Below are positions 25,465-39,323 of a stretch of DNA of 64,000 nt, piece after piece. Origin of the DNA: Octopus sinensis (lineage: Eukaryota); assembly GCF_006345805.1 (NCBI RefSeq), contig NC_043004.1:89900001-89964000 (forward strand). Direction: 5' to 3'. The notes beneath the pieces were generated by a model. It saw only the letters and a program-made list of their open reading frames with translations, had not been told where the DNA came from and made no database searches. A program made the translations under genes and the position numbers. The stretch's first letter is position 1. Each line of letters starts with the position of its first letter.

Positions 25465-25669
25465 GTGTAAAGTGTGAACAAAGGGGTATATTTTTCACTA
25501 TCAATACACCACCACTACCACCATCATCATCACTATAGTTTTCAGTGACGAAGCTCATTTCGTCTCAGTCCAGCTAGCTGTTTGTTTATATCTACTTCTT
25601 GCTGTCAATGTTGAATCATTTGAGAAGGGAGAAAATTAGGTTGCTTGATTCTTATTAAACTGTTGATCT

Positions 25670-26092
25670 TTCTCTTTTACTTTCTCTTTTACTTTCTCTT
25701 TTACTTGTTTCAGTCATTTGACTGTGGCCATGCTGGAGCACCGCCTTTAGTCGAGCAAATCGACCATGGGACTTATTCTTTGTAAGCCCAGTACTTATTC
25801 TATCGGTCTCTTTTGCCGAACCGCTAAGTGACGGGGACGTAAACATACCAGCATCGGTTGTCAAGCAATGCTAGGGGGACAAACACAGACACACAAACAC
25901 GCACATATATATATATATACATATATACGACAGGCTTCTTTCAGTTTCCGTCTACCAAATCCACTCACTAGGCATTGGTCGGCCCGGGACTATAGCAGAA
26001 GACACTTGCCCAAGATGCCACACAGTGGGATTGAACCCGGAACCATGTGGTTGGTTAGCAAGCTACTTACCACACAGCCACTCCTGTGCCTA
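25670..26092 (-). mobile_element. SINE family B
   Basis: Full reverse-complement copy with expanded tail repeat. Confidence 0.92.
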
Positions 26093-26698
26093 TGTTTATG
26101 AAAAGAACAATGTTCATGAGAGGGACATATTCCTTGGAGAGGGACATATCTGTGCTATATGAATGGCAGTTTGATTATATAGTACTGAAGAATAATCAAG
26201 CCAATCTCAATAATTAGCAATGCTTGTTAAGTAATATATAATTGATTACAACACCAAGTGCACTGTAAAATCTAAGTAGTGTTTCACCCATACCATTTCC
26301 CAAATATTCCTTTGACTATTGTAATAATACGATTGTTATGATACGTATGGTTTCCTAAAATCTAGTTTTTAATATCAGTGTATTTGTGTTCACTATAGAT
26401 TGAGTCTTGAAACAAAATATGCTTATCCAAATTTTGCAATTGTCTTGCAAGTCATTATATATATATATATATATATATATAACTAATGTAGGATAAAATC
26501 TTTTTCAGGAAAAAAATTTTATCAATGGCCAGCATATCAAAAAATACCTTTAAAGGTTAAATTTATAAATAATTTACAAAATTAGGGCAAAATAAAAATT
26601 CTAATGCCAATTATGCCAAAAAAAGACAAAATTGTCAATAACCATTATAATTTATGCGTCTCAAAACAAACCGACAAAAATTTTTTTTAAATCTGTTA

Positions 26699-26759
26699 TT
26701 ACCGTATTGGTCCCAATTTCGGGGTTAATTCATAAGAATTTTCCCCTCTTCAGCGATAA
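26699..26759 (-). ncRNA. Type I hammerhead ribozyme (family H1)
   Basis: Minus strand: TTATCG-CTGAAGA-GGGG(aaaattcttatgaattaa)CCCC-GAAA-TTGG(ga)CCAA-TA/CGGTAA. Confidence 0.85.
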
Positions 26760-27178
26760 ATATGTGAGATATAAGTTAAATACTTACTCATACCCATGGA
26801 AAAAGCAAGTACTAAGTCCTGAGCAGACCTAAGTACCCCAAATATATCCAAAATAGAAAGTCTTCGGCACATCTCGAGAAACGTGTGATTTGAACTAGAA
26901 ACTTTCACAGAGTGAGAGAATCCGGAAGTGAACACTATTCAATTTATAAATAATGTAGGATAAAATTTTTTTGGGGAAAAAAATTTTATCAATGGCCAGC
27001 ATATCAAAGAATACGTTTATAAATAATCTGTGAAAGTTTCTAGTTCAAATCACACGTGTCCCAAGATGTGCCAAAGATTTTCTATTTTGGATATATTTGG
27101 GGTAATTAGGTCTGCTCAGGACTTAGTACTTGCTTTTTCCATGGGTATGAGTAAGTATTTCACTTATATCTCACGTAT

Positions 27179-27239
27179 TTATCGCTGAAGAGGGGAAAAT
27201 TCTTATGAATTAACCCCGAAATTGGGACCAATACGGTAA
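27179..27239 (+). ncRNA. Type I hammerhead ribozyme (family H1)
   Basis: Stem I TTATCG/CGGTAA, CTGAAGA 27185-27191, stem II GGGG/CCCC, GAAA 27218-27221, stem III TTGG/CCAA, AUA site with predicted cut after 27233. Confidence 0.87.
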
Positions 27240-27367
27240 TAACGGATCTTTTAGAAATTTCTATCGGTTTGCTTTGAGATGCATAAATTATAATGGTTAT
27301 TGACAATTTTGTCTTTTTTTTCAGCATATTTGGCATTAGAATTTTTATTTTGCTCTAATTTTGTAAG

Positions 27368-27404
<37 letters not shown>

Positions 27405-27449
27405 ATAAAATCGAAATCGATCAACATCAATGGAATTTGTAGTCGTGGT

Positions 27450-27817
27450 ACCAGTGCCAGTGGCACATAAGAGAACCATCTGAACATGGCCGTAGCCAGC
27501 ACCGCATCGACTGGCCTCCGTGCTGGTGGCACGTAACAAACACCATCCGATCATGGCCGTTGCCAGCCTTGCTTGGCCTCCATGCTGGTGGCACGTAAAA
27601 AGCACCATCTGAGCGTGGCCATTCACCAGCCTCGTCTGGCACCTGTGTCAGTGGCACATAAAAAGCACCCACTACACTCACGGAGTGGTTGGCATTAGGA
27701 AGGGCATCCAGCTGTAGAAACACTGCCAGATCTGACTGGCCTGGTGCAGCCTTCGGGCTTCCCAGACCCAAGTTGAACCGTCCAACCCATGGAAAGCGGA
27801 TATTAAACGATGATGAT
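27450..27817 (+). repeat. Family C repeat
   Basis: Tandem gtg(c/t)cggtggcacgtaa units and (GAT)n tail. Confidence 0.85.
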
Positions 27818-28965
27818 ATATATATATATAAAAGCTGGTGGGCTGCAAAATAGAAAATTAAAGTATTATAGACATTTTTTAAATAAAATAAACATATTTT
27901 ATAATATTAATTATTTCCAATGACCTAAAATCATATATTAAAATATAATGAGTTGAATTGAATTAATTTCTTTCATTCTTCTAAAGTTTGGAATGTAAAA
28001 TTTTGTATCAAACAACAATTTCCTTGCATTAAATACAAGGTTACATATTTATAAGAGAAACATGTAATTGAGTCAACCCAAAACATTACTGTTACTTGTT
28101 AAAATGAAGAACAAAGACTACTGAGTGGTTCTCAATTTAAAATATGAAGTTGTAACAAAATAATACAAGCCTGCCAGCCACTTTCCTTTGGAAAAAATGG
28201 GAAAAGTTCATGAACTGTAGAAAATATGGCTAGAATTGCTCAGATAAGACCACACTATAATGGAACTGGGTAGTCAGACATTAAAGCAATGAATTTTGTA
28301 GTGAAATACTTTATCAAAAGCTTTGTTGCCATTTGCCTAAATGTACTTGGAGAAAAAGGAGTTTGCATTCATCGATGCTGAGACATAGAATCTTAGAAAA
28401 TGGATTTTCAGAACTAAATACTTGAGAAACTATACTGAAACATGTTATTGCTGCATAGAAATCATCTGTCATAGTTCTAAAAATACATTAATCACAATGT
28501 TCTGAGAAAATTTGTTCTTCATAGGTAATAGTTTTAATATGCTCTTTCATTTTTCTATAGTTGACAAGATTTCTAAATGCAGATAAATGGCTAGTTTCCT
28601 CATTGAACCCCCCCCAAAAAAAAAAACCCTCACCTTATTTCAAAGTCTAAAGAAATTTCACATCTTCCTACAACTATTCAAATTTTCACAAAATATGATT
28701 ATTAAAAAAAAACAAAAAAACTTGATTACAGAGGAATCAAGTCATGTATGATAGCTTTAACATGCAAAATGTAATCATGATAAGACCTGAATGTAATTAG
28801 AATATGTATTATCTTGCATAAACCATTTTGTTATTGCCAGTATTGTTTTAATCAAGTCAGAGAATTAGTTCACCATGATATTTGTTATAAACAGATTGAA
28901 TAGACTATTTCTTTTCAAAGATATATAATACAGGGTAGCAATTCTAAACTCTTTGAACAAAATAA

Positions 28966-29038
28966 TAACCACAAAGTGGGGGTGTTACTGTAGCTTTTTT
29001 TTTAAAAAAGCTACAGTAACACCCCCACTTTGTGGTTA
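28966..29038. repeat. Perfect 35-bp inverted repeat, 3-nt loop
   Basis: taaccacaaagtgggggtgttactgtagctttttt-ttt-aaaaaagctacagtaacacccccactttgtggtta. Confidence 0.95.
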
Positions 29039-29142
29039 GCCATATTGAGATGGCTTTTATACTTTACATTGTCGAGCGGTTGCTGTTTACATCTCGCTCT
29101 GAGATTTAATAATAAAATAATAACCATTTCAATATTATAAAC

Positions 29143-29361
29143 CAGTGCTTTTCAAACTTTTTGCTGGAGCGGAACCCCGAGGAAACATTCCACTGGCTCG
29201 AGGAACCCCTGTGCAATAATTTAATAGTCTTATGCACACATATCTGCACAGGAGGCTTAAAAATTACTGCCGATTTTAGCAGTTTTGTAACTTCTTGCGG
29301 AACCCTTGGACTGTACTGGTGGTACCCTAAGGTTCCTCGGAACCCTGGTTGAAAACCACTG
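29143..29361. mobile_element. hAT MITE (same family as 25247)
   Basis: Same TIRs; TSD ttataaac/ctataaac. Confidence 0.92.
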
Positions 29362-29969
29362 CTATAAACAAATGATTCGTTGGTTATTAAGGATTTTTTT
29401 TCCTTAATACTAAAATAATGTTCAAATTTTGTTCAGATTCCTTGAGGCACAAGTCTGAATTACACTATTTTTTACATATTATAAGTGAAGGACAGATATA
29501 GCTGAAATAGGAAGTAATTTTGCATTGTCACATTTTCTCTTTCCAAAAGTAATTAGCAAACAAATAAATAGATAAAAGCAATGAATAGCAGTTGACTGTT
29601 AGGATTTTATTAGTTTGGTTATGTGTTAGTATAAGGCAACATAAGTATGCAGGAGGAAACTGGGATATTGATGCTGATGCTTTCTGAGGACATCAGTGAA
29701 ACAAATTAGCTCCTTGCACTATAGCACTCACTATTGCTATTTATAGGCCAGCAATGGTGCCATTTTAATACAGTTATAAATACTTTCAGTATATTTAGTT
29801 TCATTAATAAAGGAATAAGCCATTATTTTTTTGGTCAATCTTCTCAATGACAATATTACAAATTTAACCCTATTAAGTCAACTGATTTCATGACACAGAG
29901 TTTTTTTAAATAATTAAATCATTATGATTTAATTTTAAAAGACCATGCTTTTAAGGATCATTTCTTAAG

Positions 29970-30230
29970 TATGTGTCACAACGGTATCCGATTCCTTTGA
30001 TCGGTCAACAACATCACGATGATGCGAGATTGTATTGAGTCCTGAGCGTGAAGCAGGATCTCCTGTATCGTTCGTTACTCTGCCTTCAACGAACGTGAGG
30101 AATCCATTGAAGATCGTTCTTGAGAGGTTTAATAACTTCTTAAAGAGGGACTCGATACTTTCTGAGTGATTATAAGAAATGGCGGTGCCCCAGCATGGCC
30201 ACAGCTTGTGAGCTGAAACTAGATAAAAAT
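29970..30230 (+). mobile_element. Probable LINE 3' end sharing its tail with SINE B
   Basis: Unique body followed by ggcggtgccccagcatggccacagct-tgtg-agctgaaactaga; the same tail occurs at 48197-48240 (-). Confidence 0.5.
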
Positions 30231-31399
30231 TTAAAAAAAAATTTTTTAAATGATCATTTTACATCTGCTTTCCATGCTGGCAAGGAATGGATAGTTTGAT
30301 GAAAACTGACAAGCTGCAGGGCCATATTGAGCTCCATGGCTTGATGTCCTTCCTGGTGCCAATAACTTTACAAAGTGTACTAGGTGCTTTTTTCATGCTT
30401 CCAACACTAGTCAGTTTGCCATCTAATGCACAAAACAGAAAAGAACAGGGAAAAAGGAAAGGGAAGTTCCCACTATTAAGAGGAAGTATTTGAGAGGGAA
30501 GGTGGAGGTGGGTGGATTTATGCCAGGTGTTGAAAGGCTAAAGTATGATAGAGGGAAACGCACAAGTGTCCGGCTAGAAAGAAGATACATGCCTAAAGGG
30601 GATAAAAGGAAAGTAATGATGGAATGCTAGAGTAAACCCTCAAGATACAAGGCAACCCTCAAGATACAAGGTGGGAGTGCAGATGATGGGAAATACCTGT
30701 ACGTAGAGAGGTAAAGTGAGAGATATGGAAGTGGCTCTCCACGAACAGAATAGAACAAAAGCAGTGGGATGATGTGCAAGGTGTAGGAGCAGTGGAGTGG
30801 GATATATAGGAGTACACAAGGGGATATAGTAGATGGGTCATGATGGTAGACATGAGAGGTTTTTGAGGATGATAGAAGATAAGAGTTGTTTAGAATGGAT
30901 TATAGTAAAGGGGAGAAACAGCAATGGCTGAAGGTACAGAAAAGAGATGATTGATAGAAATAATGTGGTTTGGGAAGATGAGAAATAGAAGTAGTTCCAG
31001 AGTGTAGTGACCATGTAATATGTGCCAGTTCTGCTCCTAGGTGACTATAGTAGATAGAGGAGGGATGAAAATGTGGGGTAATGCTTGATGTGTTAGAGAG
31101 AGGGGAAAGAAGAAGGTTATACAAGGCCCCATACATACGAAGGGATGCTGAAAAGTTTCTACCGAAAGACCTAGTTGGAGGCCCAACTTACTAAGTTCTT
31201 TTACAGGGCTTAAAAAAACTGAAGGATTGCTGCAATAAGTGTGTGAATCTGAGAAGGGAATATGTTGAATAAAATCATAATTAACTGATCCTCCTATACT
31301 TTCTTTTATCCAAAGCCATAAATTTTTCCAGCACCCCCTCATACAAGCAGACTAATATCATACACTATCATCTGCATTGTAATGGGTGGGTCTTCTTAA

Positions 31400-33010
31400 G
31401 CACAGCAAAATGTCAATCATTGCAGGCCTTTGTCATCTCCTCGTTAATGTTCAGCCTTACATAATCAACCTTCAATACATCATACTGTGGCTTCTTGAGT
31501 CTTCTTCTTCCATAAGTTCCATCCATTTCAAGCAATCAACACTTCTTTATGTGACTGCCCCCATCCATATACATCACGTGACCAAATCAATGTAGTCTTC
31601 TCTCTTGCACAGTACACCTAATTCCCCTTATACCTCACCTATATCTCAATACATTTGCACTTTGTCATATATGTACAATAGCATTGCACATCCAGCAGAG
31701 TGCACAGGTTTCATTCCTCTCTGGTCTTTGTATGTTATTTACATTCAGGGCCCATGTCTCACTACAATGTAACATTGCTGTGCATACACAAGCATCATAC
31801 AATCTGCCTTTCACTTGGAATGAGAGAACTTTTGTTGCCAACATAACTGTCTGAACTTATTCCATCCTAGTCTTATTCTTGTGACTACACTTTCATAACA
31901 TCCTCCTCCACTGCTAGTTAGGTCATCTAGGAAACAGAAATTATCTATTACTTCTAGGGAGCCTCCAGGGCATTTGAGAAAATCAATTTTTATTTGACCT
32001 TGGACTTCGTGGCACCTTGTTTTCTTCCACATACAAAAACTACTTTCTCCATTAACCTTCCTGTAATTCTACTGCACCTCTTTTGCCTCCATAGTTTGCA
32101 CTGGGTACACCACATGGAATTTCTGCTTAAACTTTTCCTATATATATTGAGGGTACCCCCTGAAGAGGGTAGCATCCTATCTATTTTCCTGCTTACTAGA
32201 ACTTCAGTCTACTGCTTCAGTTAACTGCTTCCACACATGGAATTTATAATTCTGTTACAGATTCCACTATGAGAACAAGTTCATCAGAATGTAGTAGTTC
32301 CCAAGGGTAGCTAGTCTTGAATTCCTCAGTTATGGTCTGGAGGACAATGATGAATAGGATGGGACTGAGAACTGAGCCCTGGTAAACTCCTACTTGTACA
32401 CTAAATTCATCACTGTACGCATGGCTAACTCTCACCTCACTGACAGCACCCCTGTACATGGCCTGTACAGCTTTCACAAGCCATTTGTCTACCCACAGCT
32501 TCCTCAGTGACCACCATATCACTGAGCAAGGGACTTTGTCAAAGGTTTTCTCTAGGTTTACAAATGCCAAGTATAAAGATTTACTCTTAGCTAAAATTTT
32601 CTCTTGCAGTTGTCTGATTAAGAAAATAGTAATCAGTATTACTTGTGCCCAGGACAAAAGCAAACTGCATTTCATCTAATTTTGTTTCTAATTAATTTGG
32701 CTATAATTATTTCAGTAACTTTCATTACCTAGTTCAGAAATATGATACTACTGCAATTACCTTTGTCTAAGGCATCCCCTTTACACTTGTAATAGCTGAC
32801 TATAATGCTGCTATGCCAGTCATCAATGATGACACATTCTTGAATAAACTGATTAATTACTCAGATGACCATTCTATCCCTATCCATTAGATATTTTAAA
32901 TATCACTGCGGTAATTCGTGATGGACAAGAGGCTTTCCTTGTCTCCATATTTTTAATTGCCTTATCATACTGCTGTCAACTAGGATATCTGGTCCCTCTG
33001 CTGGTTTCAC
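31400..33010 (-). pseudogene. Decayed RTE LINE ORF2 (RT)
   Basis: IFLIRQLQEK...LAFVNLEKTFDKVP...GVYQGSVLSPILF...ELLHSDELVL. Confidence 0.88.
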
Positions 33011-34639
33011 ATTGAGAAAACGTTGATATGCACTTTAAAAGTCTTTGAAAGAAGCAGAGAGTAAGGTACTCTCCATCTATTGTCAACTTCAAATTTTCCT
33101 ATGGTTAAGGTTAAGCCTCCGTCGTATGGCTTCCTATCTTGCAAGCTAAATAGTCACCTCACTAGTGCTGGTTCCACACAAAAAGCACCCAGTACACTCT
33201 GTAAAGTAGAAGGCATTTAGAAGGGCATACAGCGTAGAAACCCTGCTAAAGCAAATATTGGAGCACAATGCAGTCCTCAGACCCATTGGGTCTTGTCAAG
33301 CCATCCAATCTATGCAAATATGGAACATGGATGTTAAAAGATGATAATAATGATGATCAAGCAGATAATCAAAAGTTTAAGTGGGTATGCATCTCAGTGA
33401 GTCATGTTAAGGTATTGCAGTGTCATTAGATATTCAACTCAGGAATGTTTATCTCAATACTACAACTATATTTACAGATAATTGCCTAATTCTGAATTAA
33501 AATGGTATCTGTCAGTACTGGATTGTGGTGGTCAAGTGCTTATGTACAACTTTTATTAAACTGTTTTAACAGCACAAACGTGGTATCATACGATTGTAAA
33601 ATTATAATAGAAGGTTACTTGTCTTGAAATAAGAGCACTGTTAAGTAAAAGGATTAGTGGAATGAACCTGATATAGGGAAATGATTGAGAAATGAAGACA
33701 GATAAGACAGACTGGATATAACATTACATTCTCTCCTACAAGAGAATTTCTGTTTGTGATTCACTATCTGATGTCAATATTCATGAGCTTACAATTCATT
33801 GTATGCAGGCATCATGTCAGAATTTATATGACTTCATGGAATGATATATTACTAAATTTAGAAATATCAAACTAGTTGGTTGGGGCCCATGGATAATTTT
33901 CAAAAATCCTTTGCCTGACAGGGCTATTAGTGCCTATAAGGCATGGAAGTGCCATCATCTAGGCATGCCCAAGATGCATGGAGAGTGATGAAACTGTTCT
34001 ACATGCACTCATCCACTGCCCAAGCATTGCTGACTTGTGAGTTTATGTGGAAGACTTGCTGTTGCTTGCAGAACACAACTGGCTGCCAGTTGAATCTACA
34101 GTGAAGACTGTCTTGCTGCCTTCTTTTGGCCAGAAGGGATAGGCAGTGTTTGAATGATGGCCTGGGCAAAAGAGATTGTGTGGTGGACCAGAGTGAAATG
34201 ATTGAAGACAGACTTCTTCCTGTTTGGGCAAGCCCTCATCAGCTTTTTACAAGTTTCACTTGAAAAGGAAAGTGAGAATAGAGAGGAAAGTGCAGTCTTC
34301 CAGTAAGTTTGTTGAGAGGTCAATGACAATGGTGAACATGATCCAAGTGAACAGGCCTAAAATGAGCATCTTCCCATAGACCAACGGAGGATAACAGGGA
34401 GAAGGTACTTTCCCTTGCTGACAGAGTGACAGTGGTTTTGTGGGGTTTCCACATGCAGCCCTTGGAAGTATCCCTTGTGTAGGGAATCTTTTCTTGTTTG
34501 AATTATTTTTCTGTTTCTTTGCTTTCGTTATTTTACTGTTCCCATGTCCCCATGTAACTCTACATCATATCATATTGCATTGTATCATCCTGTACCATCC
34601 TTGCTCTTTATGTAAACCTTTAGTGGTTCATAAAGAAAT

Positions 34640-34659
34640 TATTATTATTATTATTATTA

Positions 34660-34725
<66 letters not shown>
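34640..34725. repeat. (ATT)n microsatellite
   Basis: Direct reading. Confidence 0.95.
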
Positions 34726-34726
<1 letters not shown>

Positions 34727-36671
34727 GCATTCCCAGATTACACACGCAAATTCACAGGTAAAATATATATTTTAAAAAAAATAAATAAATAAATAAATTC
34801 ATGAATGGATGTTGTCTTCACAGCGATAATTCTCTTCTCAGTACATGAGTCATTCCAGTAAACACGATTTTTTGCACTTCCTGTAGGGCTGGTAAGCCTG
34901 GTATCATTTTCAAATAGGTTTCAGTACCTTTTTTTATCATTCCTAGAGCTCCTACAATCACTGGTACTGTAGTCGCCTTGAGATGCCACATTTTTTCAAT
35001 TTCTATTAGCAAGTCTTTATATTTACTGATTGTGTCAAATTCTTTCGCCGCTATATTGTGATCGCAAGGAATACTCATGTCAATTAATAAACACATCTTT
35101 TTTGTCTGATCTTTTATAATAATATCCAGTTTATTAGCTTTTATAGTCTTGTCGGTGTGTACGGGGAAGTCCCATAGAATCGACACATTTTCTCCCTCAG
35201 TCACAGCTTCAGGATGGTGTTTATACCATTTGTCGGCAGTTTTGATTTTATAATGCTGACATATTGTCCAGTGTAAATACTGGCCAACTCTGTCATGTCT
35301 TGCTTTATATTCTACAGTTGCTAAAACTCTACACCCTGAGATTAGGTGGTCTGTAGTTTCAATCTCATCGTTATAGAATCAGTATTTTGGGTCAGCTCCA
35401 TTTTTTATCACATTGGCTTGGTAGTTCCGGGTTAATAAGCTTTGGTCATGAGCAGCTAATATGAAACCTTCACTCTCTGCTTTTAGCCCTGAGCTTCGTA
35501 ACCATTGGTGCGTGTGTTTCTGGTCGACATCAGCTTGTTTGCTACGGGCCACATACTTGCCATGGAGAGGTTTCTGTTCCCATCTGCTAGCTAAATTTTC
35601 ATGTGCTTTTGTCTTTGCAATTAATTTTATTTTCTTTGCAGCTGCAGTTGGCGCATTTCCTTCAGCCTGATCAACCAGGTGGGTATCTAAGAGATCAGCC
35701 GCGAATTTTTTGCTCTCTTTGAGAATGGAGTGAAGTTTTATCGGTCTTTCATGTTTTCAACAAGTTTTAGCATCCAATCGTTGGTTGCTTCAAGGTATTT
35801 GGCCAATCCGATTGAGGTGGTTCTGTATGTAAGTTCAAGCTGGATCAAACCTCGACCTCCCTGAGCTCTGGGAAGGTAAAGGCGATCCACGTCTGCCTTT
35901 GGATGGTGCATCTTATTAGAAGTCAGTAGCTTGCGGATTTTTCTGTCAATTTTCATTATTTCACTGGTATTCCAGTTAAGCATATTGAAGCTATAAAGAA
36001 CAACTGGGACTGCTAAGGAATTTATGGCTAACACCTTATTATATGCATTCAGTTCAGACTTCAGGATTGCTTGAACTCTTCTATAACATTCCTTCCTAAC
36101 CTTCTCTTTCATGTTTGCATGCTGGATACCAGAGCCTTCATTTATTCCTAGGTATTTATAGGTTTGTTCCTGCTCAAGCTCCTGTATTATTGTTTCGGCA
36201 TCTAATTCGATTGAACTAGACTTTACCGATTCCCCTTTCTTAAAAGTGGCTTTGTCACACTTTTCAAGGCCAAAATCCATCCCGATAACATCACTGAATC
36301 CTTTCACAGTATGTAGTAGTCCTTCAAGCTCTTCATCATCTTTGCCATATAGTTTTAAATCATCCATAAAAAATAGATGGCTTATTTCCCTGTTGTCAAT
36401 TCTGTAGCCATATCCTGTTCTATTCAGTTCCCTTGAGAGTGGTATTAGTGCTATGCAGAAAATTAGTGGTGAAAGTGAGTCACCTTGGAAAATTCCACAT
36501 TTTATGCTAATGTTATTTGAGCGCAATACTCCATTAGAATGATATAATTGGAGCTTCGTGTTCCATAGTGACATATTATACTTTAAAAAATCTGTAGTCA
36601 CAGGAGAAATTTTGAAAATGTCCAGCAATTTCAGAATCCACGAATGTGGTATGCTGTCAAGGGCTTTTTTT
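34726..36671 (-). mobile_element. 5'-truncated RLE-type LINE (R4/Dong-like): RT, decayed CCHC, restriction-like endonuclease
   Basis: RT motifs KKALDSIPH, GIFQGDSLSP, HLFFMDDLKLY, YKYLG, RLYLPRAQGGRGL; ETTDHLISGC knuckle; endonuclease ILWDFPVHTD...KLDIIIKD...LLIDMSIP...KYKDL...VPVIVGALG. Confidence 0.9.
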
Positions 36672-36937
<266 letters not shown>

Positions 36938-37048
36938 GGCGAGCTGGCAGAATTGTTAGTATGCCAGGTGAAATGCTTAGCAGTATTTCATCTCATTCTC
37001 TCCCCCAAAACAGCTGCCCTTGTGGAAAAATTTGAAACTATGATGATG

Positions 37049-37087
<39 letters not shown>

Positions 37088-37643
37088 TTGCTGGCAGAAT
37101 TGTTAGCACACCAGGCAAAATGCTGATCAGTATTTTGTCTGTCTATGTTTTGAGTTCAAATTCCACTCTTGTCCTTTTAGGGTTGATCAAGTATGTACCA
37201 ATTGAGCACTGGGAGTGATGCAATCGACTTGTTCCCCTCCTTTAAAATTGCTGGCCTTGTGTCAAAATTTGAAACCTTTATTATTATTATTGTTATTGTT
37301 ATTATTTATTCATTATTATGCTAAAGCCAAAATGCATTACACTGTCACATGATTGGGTGAAGGGTAAGGCGAAGAGCAAGGGAGAAAGAGGGAGAGAGAA
37401 AGAAGTGGAGGGAAAGAAAGAAAGAAAAAGAAGAAAGAGGATGAAAGAAACATAGTGTCAGTGACCTGAGGTAGGGGAAACAATATTTATTATGCGGTTA
37501 AAAAGTTAGTTCAAGCAAGTGATACAAAGGAAGTTTAAAATACGTTTGGTAGAGGGGGTGATGTTTTGATGGTGAGGTTAAAAAAAGGCAGAGAGAGAGA
37601 GAGAGAGAGAGAGTAGTGGCGTCATTGCCAGCCATTGCCTTAA

Positions 37644-37830
37644 CCCTTTAGTGTTTAAACCGGCCATATCTGGCCCAGATATTCTACATGTTTTATATTC
37701 AAACTGTCAATATCTAGCCTCTCACACCTAATCTACAATGTCATTCGAAATATAAACTATCACATCATTGAAACCTCAAAACTATAAGATAATGCATGAT
37801 TAATTCAAAACAATTTGAGTGAAAAAGTAT
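37644..37830. mobile_element. piggyBac MITE fragment (family of 39721)
   Basis: TTAA|CCCTTTAGTGTTTAAACCGGCCATATC is the reverse complement of the 39942 end. Confidence 0.75.
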
Positions 37831-38263
37831 TACATACATGTGGTTAGTGGAAGTGTGAAGTGAATAGAAAGGGAAAGAGAGAAATCATAGTAACATGAGG
37901 TGGGGGGGAATGTCATGGTTAAAAAATTGAGACAGAGAAAGAAAAATAAAGTGCTTTGCAGGGGGAAATTTTAAAGATCATAATTTATTGTGGTTGACAA
38001 GAAAATAACATTTTAGTATTCAGGATTTCTATTTTCTGTCAATCTATTTATCTATCCACATTGATAAATACATTGATGGGTGGACAAAAGAGGGAATTAA
38101 AGCTATAAACTTAACATAGGAAAATAGATTTTTCAATGAAACTTAGCAAAATAGCCATGGATGTTATTATTTTTTAAAATTGTTATTTGAACTCTGTATT
38201 AACAGCAAGAAAAGCAGTTATAAACAAACAGTTGAACTGGAATGAAATAATTTTGATTATCAG

Positions 38264-38421
38264 AAGTGGCTGTGTGGTAAGTAGCTTGCTTACGAACCAC
38301 ATGGTGCCGGGTTCAGTCCCACTGCGTGGCACTTTGGGCAAGTGTCTTCTACTATAGCCTCGGGCCGACCAAAGCCTTGTGAGTGGATTTGGTAGACGGA
38401 AACTGAAAGAAGCCCGTCGTA

Positions 38422-38464
<43 letters not shown>

Positions 38465-38690
38465 ATGTTTGTGTGTTGTGTTTGTCCTCCCCTCCACCCC
38501 AACATCGCTTGACAACCGATGCTGGTGTGTTTATGTCCCTGTCACTTAGCGGTTCGGCAAAAGAGACTGATAGAATAAGTACTCGGCTTACAAAGAATAA
38601 GTCCTAGGGTTGATTTGCTCGACTAAAGGTGGTGGTCCAGCATGGCTACAGTCACATGACTGAAACAAGTAAAAGAGTAAAAAAGTAAAC
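38264..38690 (+). mobile_element. SINE family B
   Basis: Family consensus match. Confidence 0.92.
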
Positions 38691-38737
38691 AACTCAAATT
38701 GAGTTTTGTTACTGAAAACTATAATGATGATGGTGGT

Positions 38738-38813
38738 GGTGATGGAGGTTGCAGTGGTGATGGAGGTTGCAGTGGTGATGGAGGTTGCAGTGGTGATGGA
38801 GGTTGCAGTGGTG
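38738..38813. repeat. 18-nt minisatellite (ggtgatggaggttgcagt) x4
   Basis: Direct reading. Confidence 0.9.
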
Positions 38814-38909
38814 AGTGAAGAATGAAAAACCTTTTTTTTTACTATAATCTTTTAATACCACCTATCAAAAGTGCAATTATCTATTTTTCGTTCACTTGAA
38901 AATTGATAT

Positions 38910-39323
38910 TTACTCTTTTACTCTTTTACTTGTTTCAGTCATTTGACTGCGGCCATGCTGGAGCACCGCCTTTAATCGAGCAACTCGACCCCGGGACTTA
39001 TTCTTTTGTAAGCCCAGTACTTATTCTATCGGTCTCTTTTGCCGAACCGCTAAGTAACGGAGACATAAACACACCAGCATCGGTTGTCAAGCAATGCTAG
39101 GGGGACAAACACAGGCACACAAACACACACACGCATATATATATATATATACATATATACGACGGGCTTCTTTCAGTTTCCGTCTACCAAATCCACTCAC
39201 AAGGCTTTGGTCAGCCTGAGGCTATAGTAGAAGACACTTGCCCAAGGTGCCACGCAGTGGGACTGAACCCGGAACCATGTGGTTGGTAAACAAGCTACTT
39301 ACCACACAGCCACTCCTGTGCCT
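38910..39323 (-). mobile_element. SINE family B, tail-to-tail with the 38264 copy
   Basis: Nearly identical to the 12147 and 13927 copies. Confidence 0.93.

Larger units (their letters stand above)
26484..27367. mobile_element. Penelope-like/retrozyme non-coding element, family H1 (tandem plus inverted copies)
   Basis: taatgtaggataaaa repeated at 26484 and 26951 (period 467); 26570-26910 is inverted at 27028-27367; flanked by (AT)n; each arm carries a hammerhead. Confidence 0.85.

Noticed and set aside
25540-25562. Tc1/mariner FSDEAHF motif
   Set aside because: Isolated 7 codons with no flanking transposase frame; too little to call.
29683-29710. CTGAGGA...GAAA
   Set aside because: No stem II pairing; chance match.
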